DNA of 24,600 nt, from NCBI GenBank assembly GCA_038858525.1, contig JAWCFL010000018.1:1-24600 (forward strand), read 5' to 3'. The notes below the pieces were generated by a model. It was not told the origin of the DNA, did no database searches, and saw only the letters and a program-made list of their open reading frames with translations. Made by a program: the position numbers and the translations under genes. The DNA is from Candidatus Jordarchaeales archaeon. Lineage in GTDB: Archaea > Asgardarchaeota > Jordiarchaeia > Jordiarchaeales > Freyrarchaeaceae. Positions 9,062 to 16,045 of the stretch are shown here, piece by piece; positions within the stretch are counted from its first letter, which is position 1, and every line of letters starts with the position of its first letter.

Positions 9062-10468
9062 TTGAAAAGAGGGGTCTTGTTGAGGGCGAGTTTCGTTGTT
9101 TTTTCAGCACTGGCTCTCCTCATCCTTTTATCAGCCATTTTTTCCCCTATATGTCATGGCGAGATGAGTGTTGCTGCTTCCACAAGCGGCTCCATTGTTG
9201 TGAGTGAGATAAAAGGCGAAATCACCCGGTCCACCGTCTACATGGTTCAGGAAGTCTTGATGTCCGCTATGCAGGCTGGCTCGCGGCTTGTGGTCTTTTA
9301 CATCAACACTCCAGGCGGAGAGCTCGGAGCCGTGAACGAGATAATGAACCTTTTCGAGCTGAGCTGGGTGCCCGTTTGCGTCTTCGTGTCTCCCTTTGGT
9401 TCAACTGCTTGGAGTGGAGGAACATATCTCCTCATGGCAAGCCACATTGCTGCCATGTCTAGTGGAACGGTTATTGGTTCATGCCAGCCGGTTATGGGTG
9501 GCCAGCCCATCTACGATCCGAAATACGTTAACGCTATGGCTGCTTTAATGGTGGCGCACGTCCGCCTTCACTCGAGGAACGAGACTGTCGCAAGCCAGTT
9601 CGTCTACGTAAACTTGAACCTTCTCCCTGAGCAAGCTAAAGAAAGCGGCGTTATAGAGCTCGTAGCTAATAGTCTTCCGGAGCTTCTTTCGAAGCTTGAG
9701 GGCAAGGCACTAATCCAGTACATGAACAACGAGACGGGGACATTTTCATGGAGACTAGTGGAGGAAGAGGACGCTGAAAGCTACAACCCTGTCAGAACAG
9801 TATCCCTTTCAGGGTTAAGCGGGTCCTACCCGCTGCTTTACCCGAAGCCAGTCAAGTACCAGGTTCTGGACTTCCTAGTTAACCCCTACGTGGCATATTC
9901 CCTCCTTATGCTCGGCATCTTCGGGCTTATAATAGGAATCAAGACTCCCGGCTACGGAGCTGAAGTGGGCGGCTCAATATCTCTCCTTCTCTCCCTTCTA
10001 GGCTTAGGCGTGCTGGGGCTTAACGTGGCGGCCATTCTCCTATTCTTGCTCGGATTCACGCTACTGATACTGGAGCTTAAGACCGGAACCAGCGTTCTCG
10101 CCATAGGAGGCGTTGTGTGCCTAGTACTTGGAAGCCTTATGGTGGTCCCAGCAGGATGGCTCTTCACTCAGTCCTTCGTGCAATCGCTCACAACAGTCCT
10201 GCTGACGATATCAGGCTTGCTAGCGGCATTCTTCGGGTTCCTAGTGTACAAGGTCAGCGAAATACGCAAGCTGAAATCCGGCTTCGATCCGGAAGCGTTA
10301 ATTGGAGTTGAGGGACTGGCGAAAACCACGCTTAATCCACGGGGGCAAGTCCTTATAAAGGGGGAAGTCTGGTCAGCCCGCTCAGCGGATAACTCCACCA
10401 TACCGGCAGGATCAAAGGTGAAAGTGGTAAGAGTCTCAGGTCTAACTCTCATCGTCGAAAAAAGCTAA
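9062..10468 (+). CDS. nfeD: NfeD-family membrane-bound serine protease (ClpP-like domain, TM bundle, C-terminal OB fold)
   Basis: Signal-like N-terminus, INTPGG, AWSGGTY (Ser), GSCQP, DPKY (Lys), TM region, and C-terminal LNPRGQVLIKGEVWSARS...GSKVKVVRVSGLTLIVE. Confidence 0.9.
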   Translation: MKRGVLLRASFVVFSALALLILLSAIFSPICHGEMSVAASTSGSIVVSEIKGEITRSTVYMVQEVLMSAMQAGSRLVVFYINTPGGELGAVNEIMNLFELSWVPVCVFVSPFGSTAWSGGTYLLMASHIAAMSSGTVIGSCQPVMGGQPIYDPKYVNAMAALMVAHVRLHSRNETVASQFVYVNLNLLPEQAKESGVIELVANSLPELLSKLEGKALIQYMNNETGTFSWRLVEEEDAESYNPVRTVSLSGLSGSYPLLYPKPVKYQVLDFLVNPYVAYSLLMLGIFGLIIGIKTPGYGAEVGGSISLLLSLLGLGVLGLNVAAILLFLLGFTLLILELKTGTSVLAIGGVVCLVLGSLMVVPAGWLFTQSFVQSLTTVLLTISGLLAAFFGFLVYKVSEIRKLKSGFDPEALIGVEGLAKTTLNPRGQVLIKGEVWSARSADNSTIPAGSKVKVVRVSGLTLIVEKS

Positions 10469-10571
10469 AAGGAACAGCGAAACGTAACATCCAAAAATCA
10501 CGGAAAGCTGAAAGGTTCAGTGGAGGAACACACAAAGCCGAAACGACGGACAAACATTTTTACAGACTAGG

Positions 10572-11285
10572 TCATTCCTCTATGCACTTGTATTCTCTTC
10601 CATGCAATATCAAGTCTCGTATTTTCACTCCGTAGTACCTCATTCTCTCAGTGAGTTTAAATGGGTTTTCTCGCGTTATCGTGACTTTGCCTTTACTTAT
10701 GGCTTCGAGCACGTCCTCCAGCCTTCTGTCATCGGCGGTGATGCCTGTAACCCCATTGCCTATCTCGTTAAGCGTGTGGGCATCACTACCAGCAACGACA
10801 GGTATGCCTTCAGCCTTAGCAAGTCTCTTAGCCTTTTCGTTCAGCCGCTTCGACGTCCTGGCGTTAAACCCCTCAAGTGCGTCTACTCTGAACTCCATCA
10901 CAAAGGTCGGGGGCTTACTGCGCCTGTAGGGGTGTGGAAGCACCACGACTCCCCCTGCTTCCCTCGCAAGCTCTATGACCTCTCCCACATCCATCCTTTT
11001 GGGTTTGAACTCCAGCTTCTCCATTAAGCCCAGAACCAGTATGTCCCCTCTAACACTACTTATCTCGACGCCGGGAATGACCACTACGCCGTTACTTTTA
11101 GCCACCCTAAGCCCCAGCAAGCCTCCCTTAGTAGTATTATGATCTGTTATTGCCACTCCGTCCAGCCCCTTCCTAGCGGCCTCCTCAACAACCTCCTTAG
11201 GGCTACTAACAGCGTCGTTCCCCCAAACAGGGTGCCTCGAACAGTAAGTATGCACGTGCAAGTCAAACAAATACACCTGTACCAC
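10572..11285 (-). CDS. PHP-domain metal-dependent phosphoesterase
   Basis: DLHVHT, AITDHN, GVEIS, PHPY, EGFNAR and GSDAH motifs. Confidence 0.9.
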   Translation of the reverse strand: MVQVYLFDLHVHTYCSRHPVWGNDAVSSPKEVVEEAARKGLDGVAITDHNTTKGGLLGLRVAKSNGVVVIPGVEISSVRGDILVLGLMEKLEFKPKRMDVGEVIELAREAGGVVVLPHPYRRSKPPTFVMEFRVDALEGFNARTSKRLNEKAKRLAKAEGIPVVAGSDAHTLNEIGNGVTGITADDRRLEDVLEAISKGKVTITRENPFKLTERMRYYGVKIRDLILHGREYKCIEE

Positions 11286-11410
11286 TCACCCCAGAAAAAC
11301 TCGATAGACCCTCAGAGACGAGATGCTGCTAACGTTAAAACTTTTTTCGGTCGCATCATTTCCCATCAAAACTCTCCTAATTCCACTCTTATTTTCTGGC
11401 TGAGATCAAC

Positions 11411-11418
11411 TATTTAAG
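11411..11418 (+). promoter_or_regulatory. Possible TATA box for the Lys/Ala-rich gene
   Basis: TATTTAAG about 55 nt upstream of the ATG at 11471; GAGGAG RBS lies just before that ATG. Confidence 0.35.
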
Positions 11419-11470
11419 GATGAAGAACAGTAAAAGATTCATTGACAAAAATAAGAGGGGCGAGGAGAGT

Positions 11471-11827
11471 ATGTCTAAGAAAGCAGCCGCGAAGGATCCT
11501 CTAATTGCAGCTAAAGAAGTAGCTCAGCAAGCCCTCAAAGAGTATAAGTCAATTCTTGAGTCGCTTGGTCAACCGACAAACAAGCCTTCAAAGATAAGAG
11601 TAGACGTCGTAAAGAAGCTGGTTAGCCAGACGGAGAAAAGCATGAGAGAAATAGAGAAAGCCGCCGAGAAAGCAAAGAAAGAAGAAGAGAAGCTTAAACA
11701 GAAAGAAGCAGCCGCAGCGGAAGCAGCAAAAGCAGCCAAGCCAGCTAAGCCAGCCAAGAAGGCAAAGGAAGCTAAACCAGCAAAGGAAGCTAAACCAGCA
11801 AAGGAAGCTAAACCAGCAACGGCATAA
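11471..11827 (+). CDS. Lys/Ala-rich hypothetical protein with PAK-repeat tail
   Basis: ATG 11471 follows GAGGAG. 118 aa with 29 Lys, a helical N-terminal part and an AKPAKPAKKAKEAKPAKEAKPAKEAKP tail. A T-rich tract follows the stop. Confidence 0.75.
   Translation: MSKKAAAKDPLIAAKEVAQQALKEYKSILESLGQPTNKPSKIRVDVVKKLVSQTEKSMREIEKAAEKAKKEEEKLKQKEAAAAEAAKAAKPAKPAKKAKEAKPAKEAKPAKEAKPATA
11762..11815 (+). repeat. Perfect 18-bp tandem repeat x3 (GCAAAGGAAGCTAAACCA), encoding AKEAKP
   Basis: Read directly from the sequence. Confidence 0.9.
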
Positions 11828-11834
11828 GCCTCTT

Positions 11835-11890
11835 AACTTATTTCTCTCTTTTAATTTCTAATTTCTTTTTTTCTTTGTTTTCTTCTTCAA
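11835..11890 (+). terminator. Oligo-T-rich archaeal-type terminator region
   Basis: Several T runs (e.g. TTTCTTTTTTTCTTTGTTTTCTT) directly after the 11827 stop, between convergent genes. Confidence 0.5.
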
Positions 11891-11928
11891 CTATTATGAA
11901 ACGCGTTTATGAGTTCGCTTGTTCCTAT

Positions 11929-13479
11929 CTATCTATTCTGTTTCTTTTCATATACTTCTTTTTCGCCCTTAAGTGCGCCCTTATATCTTGTTATGCCTGC
12001 GTTCTCCACTTTTACTGTTTCGTATCCTTCAAGCTTGATGTATAGTGGCTGGTTGTGGTCGAGGTGGTCTCCCGTTGCCCAGTAAGCGTCCTTAAACGTT
12101 TCGTCCTCCTTAAGGAGAGGGACCTTCCAGGTGAGCCGCGTTTCCTCATTACTCTTAGCTGTTTCGCACCCTTCAGCGTTGACGATGTGCCCTTTAGGAA
12201 CTATGTCTACAAGTTCTATGTTGCTGAGCGTGCTTCTGGAAAGGTTTTTAACACTCACCTGGACAATATATTTCCCTTCATCCAGTGGCTTAACGGTCTT
12301 TATGGCCTTGGCTAGTATTCTTCCGTCTTTAAGCCTTAGCTCTTTCTCGAACAGTAAAGCCCTAGGTCTTCTCTCCAAGCGATACCCCACTTTCACGCTT
12401 TCCCCCTCCTTTAAGCTCTTAAGCTTCCACCTTACAAGCGTGTCCTCCCTCTCGATCAGCCTCAAATCGCCCTCTTTAGGGAATACTTCTATTATGGAAA
12501 GCTCAAGTGGAATCTCGTCCTCCAGAAAAACCTCATCCACTCCTCCAGCGACTCCGTAAACCTCAGAAGAAACTGCGAACTCGCCGCCTTCCCTTTTAAC
12601 TGGCAGATAAGTTCTGACGGCATCGATCAAGCCACCTCTCCTGAAAACTACTGTCCTAGCCACTTCTCTTGTGGCTCTTAACGTGAAGCAAGCTTTCTCC
12701 CCCTCTGTCAGCCTCACAACGCTGAAAATCACCTTTGTACCTTCATCAGCCTCCTCAGCCCTTCCACCTTCTACATCTACGACTTTGAACCCCTCCGGGA
12801 TAAGCCCCTCAAGTATACCCTCTTCTAGTCCTCCCTCCCATACAGCCTCCAGCTTAACCTCCGCAACGTAGTATGGCGGCTCAGCCGGAACTAGTTCACA
12901 GCTCACATGTCCCTCAACGCCCCCCTCACGGCTCCTACCCCTCAGCTTAAACTCGACTCTACGATTAGCGGTCCCCCTCATGTCGGCGAAAACTCTTTCC
13001 AGAAAATCTTCCCCCAACTCTCCCTCAACCCTCACACTCTTAGACTTCACTCGCCCCTCGGCACCCACGGCTCTTCTCGCGTCCTCCTCACTAAGCGGCT
13101 CAGCCTCCTCCAGACGGAATACCTCAGCTGCCTTATCTCCCAGCTCTTTTCTCCTCTCCTCCAACATAAGGAGAGCGAAAGCGAACGTAGGCGAAGACCG
13201 TATCTCCTCCTCCTTAACGCTCTCAGCCACCCTCAGCGCCTCATCCAGCTTCCCGGACACGAGAAACCTTATCATAGCATCCTTGAAGGCGCTGGCAGCC
13301 CCATAGTGCTCCCCCTTCTCCCTGTAAATCTCCGCAGCCCTGAGGAACGTTTGAGCTGCAGCCAAGTAATCTCCCTGGGCATCCAGTCCCTCAGCTACCT
13401 GAATAAATTTCTCAGCGGCTTTAAGAGTCTCCCCTTCCATGAGAAGCTTTTCAGCTTCTTTCAGTTCCTCCTCGAACAC
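11929..13479 (-). CDS. Hypothetical protein: N-terminal alpha-SNAP/TPR-like solenoid plus three DUF11-like beta-sandwich repeats
   Basis: 516 aa with no signal peptide or TM segment. Helical repeats AAEKFIQVAE...AAQTFLRAAEIYREKGEHYGAASAFKDA, then three modules of pattern V.V...-(D/G).(I/V)P-..(W/F).(L/V)..L..(G/D)E. Confidence 0.7.
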   Translation of the reverse strand: MFEEELKEAEKLLMEGETLKAAEKFIQVAEGLDAQGDYLAAAQTFLRAAEIYREKGEHYGAASAFKDAMIRFLVSGKLDEALRVAESVKEEEIRSSPTFAFALLMLEERRKELGDKAAEVFRLEEAEPLSEEDARRAVGAEGRVKSKSVRVEGELGEDFLERVFADMRGTANRRVEFKLRGRSREGGVEGHVSCELVPAEPPYYVAEVKLEAVWEGGLEEGILEGLIPEGFKVVDVEGGRAEEADEGTKVIFSVVRLTEGEKACFTLRATREVARTVVFRRGGLIDAVRTYLPVKREGGEFAVSSEVYGVAGGVDEVFLEDEIPLELSIIEVFPKEGDLRLIEREDTLVRWKLKSLKEGESVKVGYRLERRPRALLFEKELRLKDGRILAKAIKTVKPLDEGKYIVQVSVKNLSRSTLSNIELVDIVPKGHIVNAEGCETAKSNEETRLTWKVPLLKEDETFKDAYWATGDHLDHNQPLYIKLEGYETVKVENAGITRYKGALKGEKEVYEKKQNR

Positions 13480-13897
13480 CGCTATCTCCCTCCTTAACCC
13501 TCACCTTCTCAACATACTCTACTAGAGAAACTCTAACCACCTCAAACTTCGACCTGTGCTCATCAATACTCCAGCTTTCCTCGCCCTCGTAATCCCCCTT
13601 GACCTCGTAGTTCCTAACGAACACCACCCATGAAACCCTACTCATAGACTCCAGAAACCTCATGAGTTGCTCGTAGCCTCCCGCGTCAAGATGCCTCTCA
13701 GTAAGCTTCCTAAGCCTTTCTCTCGCTTCCTCATCTCCTGAGATGACACCGCTGCACGCCTTAAGGATCTCGCACTCCGCCTTACTAATCTTCCCTTCCT
13801 CCAAGAGCCTTGCAAGAAAACCCATGTCGCCCTTAATAACCCTAAGTACCTCCTCGAACTCCAAGTCTTTAAGTCCAGCCAAGTAAAGCACCCCCAT
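13451..13897 (-). CDS. Hypothetical protein
   Basis: 148 aa with GGAGG RBS and typical composition. Overlaps the start of the SNAP-like gene by 29 nt. Confidence 0.65.
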   Translation of the reverse strand: MGVLYLAGLKDLEFEEVLRVIKGDMGFLARLLEEGKISKAECEILKACSGVISGDEEARERLRKLTERHLDAGGYEQLMRFLESMSRVSWVVFVRNYEVKGDYEGEESWSIDEHRSKFEVVRVSLVEYVEKVRVKEGDSGVRGGTERS

Positions 13898-14229
13898 CCT
13901 CCTGAACTAATTACTCCTGCGTCCTCACTAATAAACCTTCTAAGCTCCCAGAAAACGAATCAAGTTTTCCTCACTTAGAGGGAGACCATATTTATCCTAT
14001 TTTAATTGTCTTGGTTGATGTGCTGGATTATTGTTCTAAGCATTTGGTGTGCTTATGACTTCAGCCTTAATGCTTGCTTTTCGTGTCATGGTTTATTTTC
14101 TAAATTGCGTGATGAAAAGTTTTTAAATCATGCCTTGCGATAATTTTCTGAAGCGGCGGTAGAGCGTCCTGAGAGTTTTTTCCTAGAAAAATTTTTCCCA
14201 CGTTTTCTTTCAAACTGGAGGGTTCTCTT

Positions 14230-15189
14230 GTGGGCTTAGAAGAACTTGAAAAAATAGCTGAGCTCGAAGCGAGACTTAAGCAGCGGTTAATTATCCCTAT
14301 AACGGAGTTAAAGCCGGCCTCCTTCAGCTCGATTATACTCTTACTCGTAGAAGACCAAGAGCCTCCGGAACCAACAGTAGGCATTGTCTCTTTCTTAGCG
14401 AAGAGGCATGAATGCAACGTTAAACTGGTATGCTGCCCTAGGCAAGGCGTAGATTGCAGTAGCATCCTTAAGTCGCTTAGAAGGCAGCTGGAAGGAAAGG
14501 TGAAGGACGTTGAAGAGTACGTTTCAGGGGAAGATGTAGTTTCGTTTGTCTCCAGCATTACGGATTCCTCGAGCATCATCGTTATACCCCTACTCAAGAT
14601 AGCTGAAGAGCAGCTGAAGCTCATCGAATCGCTCTTTCAAAACCCAGGATTACCGATACTCGTTATTGAAAAGTCGGACGTGCCTCCTAAGAAACTCCTT
14701 GGAAACGTGTTGGTTCTGGTAAGGGAGCCAAAGGAGATCAAGGACCCCCTACCAGTGCTGACTGCTGTCTGCGCTGACAAGGCAAAGATAACCTTCCTTA
14801 CATACATAGGCGAATCATTCTTAGCGTCCATAGACTTCCTATGCTCCGTCATGTCTGAGCTCTCCACCGTGGAGAAAGAGAAACTTGTGTCATCCGCATG
14901 CAACATAATAGAGAGAGCTATAAAGGAGGTTGAGCCAGCCCTCGTAAGTCAAGGCTTCCAAGTGAACCAGCTGATAGAAGCCGGCTCTATCGATGTGGCG
15001 TCAGTTGACCTGATGAGAAAAACAGGCGCCTCTCTCATAGCTATACCAGTTAAGGCAAGAATGAGGCCCGAAACGAAACTCGTGCTTATAGAAGTTGCAG
15101 CCTCATTTCTCCTCATACCGGAGAAACCAGCCGAGGCGACTGGGGCACCAGCTCTCACTCCACCAAAAAAGCCCGAAAAGGAGGATTAG
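14230..15189 (+). CDS. Tandem universal-stress-protein (UspA)-like protein, divergent
   Basis: 319 aa with two alpha/beta units of USP pattern (SIILLLVED...NVKLVC; NVLVLVREP...KITFLTYI...GASLIAIP, LPILVI linker). GGAGGG RBS. Confidence 0.55.
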   Translation: MGLEELEKIAELEARLKQRLIIPITELKPASFSSIILLLVEDQEPPEPTVGIVSFLAKRHECNVKLVCCPRQGVDCSSILKSLRRQLEGKVKDVEEYVSGEDVVSFVSSITDSSSIIVIPLLKIAEEQLKLIESLFQNPGLPILVIEKSDVPPKKLLGNVLVLVREPKEIKDPLPVLTAVCADKAKITFLTYIGESFLASIDFLCSVMSELSTVEKEKLVSSACNIIERAIKEVEPALVSQGFQVNQLIEAGSIDVASVDLMRKTGASLIAIPVKARMRPETKLVLIEVAASFLLIPEKPAEATGAPALTPPKKPEKED

Positions 15190-15191
15190 AG

Positions 15192-15701
15192 TTGAGAGCA
15201 GATGCCCTAGAAGCCCTCTCAGCGATGCCATTCATCCTCTCGGGAAAAGAGACCCTTACGGCGAAAGAATGGTGCTTCATTCTCTCATTTGACTGGGGGA
15301 CACCGTACGGGCTCACACCAACACTCGCCCTCAAAATACTCAGACTAGCCTTGGAGGAGGGCATAATAGAAGAGCGGGACGGCCAGCTGAAAATGAGCCG
15401 CCCCATCTCCACTAGACCCCTGTTTTTTCATGGGAAAAAAATTGATTTCAGCGGACTAAAGGACGTGCAGCCATACCCGTTAAACTTCAAGGTAGAAGTA
15501 GGTCGCGAAGAGATGAAAACGACGTTTCAAAAGCAGCTACAAAAAGCCACAAAACGAGAAGTAGCCTCCCTCCCCTTTGAAGCAACAGATAAACCTGAAA
15601 GACCAAGAAAAACGAAGAAAGAGGAAAAGAAAGAGGAGAAGAAAGAGGAAAAGAAAGAGAAAGAAGAAAGAAAATTCAAGCAGACAACTCTTTTTTCTTA
15701 G
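15192..15701 (+). CDS. DUF2240-family protein with Lys/Glu-rich C-terminal tail
   Basis: LTAKEWCFILSFDWG...LTPTLALKILRLALEEGIIEERDGQL resembles DUF2240. Starts 2 nt after the USP-like gene ends. Confidence 0.6.
   Translation: MRADALEALSAMPFILSGKETLTAKEWCFILSFDWGTPYGLTPTLALKILRLALEEGIIEERDGQLKMSRPISTRPLFFHGKKIDFSGLKDVQPYPLNFKVEVGREEMKTTFQKQLQKATKREVASLPFEATDKPERPRKTKKEEKKEEKKEEKKEKEERKFKQTTLFS
15615..15662 (+). repeat. Near-perfect 12-bp tandem repeat x4 (AAGAAAGAGGAA), encoding KKEE
   Basis: Read directly from the sequence. Confidence 0.85.
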
Positions 15702-15918
15702 GGCTAGTCTAAGGCTCAAGAGGGCTTCATGGGCTCAGAGGAAAACCAATATTTCCCCGTCAAGGGGCTGGCCCAGCCCTCTGACCGAGCTTCCTCCTAG
15801 CCCAATTACATTGTGTCAGTGCTTCCTTTAATTATTTTTCCCCCGGGAAATCCGACGATCTATCAAATAAAAGGTTTTTCCCATTAGGAGTTTATGCTTG
15901 AAACTTGAACATAGTGGT

Positions 15919-16045
15919 GCGTTCGGCCCATGAGTTAAGGGCGACAATGATAGCTTATGAGCCCCGGGGAAGCGTGGTTAATGCGGCGACGTAAACTATA
16001 ATTCTGTGCCCTGGAACCTGTTGAAGTTGGTGTAGCGTCGGTGGC
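15919..16045 (+). ncRNA. Candidate structured RNA (two irregular hairpins), family unknown, strand uncertain
   Basis: GC-richer island between convergent genes. 15925-15936 pairs with 15952-15963 (12 positions, one mismatch, two G-U) and CGACG 15987-15991 pairs with CGTCG 16036-16040. TTTATG at 15891. Confidence 0.3.

Noticed and set aside
10469-10571. Four GAAA tetramers and a small hairpin in the nfeD-PHP spacer, suggesting GNRA loops or a hammerhead
   Set aside because: No CUGAUGA core and the flanking stems mostly do not pair; better explained as the A-rich complement of a T-rich terminator for the PHP gene.
12907-13497. 196-aa plus-strand ORF, and many similar 60-170 aa antisense ORFs in the track
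   Set aside because: They lie wholly opposite well-supported genes and have Ser/Leu/Pro-rich shadow composition.
15537-15831. Overlapping Phe-rich and Arg/Lys-rich ORFs, and a minus frame with in-frame TGAs (GLGGSSVRGLGQPLDGEILVFL*AHEALL)
   Set aside because: The first two are alternative readings of the KKEE repeat. The TGA frame has no start codon or Cys-like context, so there is no selenoprotein evidence.
15915-16045. tRNA-like pieces (GGGCTCATAA and CTTCAA on the minus strand) suggesting tRNA-Met or tRNA-Sec
   Set aside because: No acceptor stem of suitable span, no T-loop GTTCRA, and no cloverleaf could be built on either strand.
16005-16045. CCC-TG-GAACCTG...AGCG resembles the 3' half of a TPP riboswitch
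   Set aside because: The CUGAGA element and a pairing P5 stem are absent, and the site lies between convergent genes rather than upstream of a thiamine gene.
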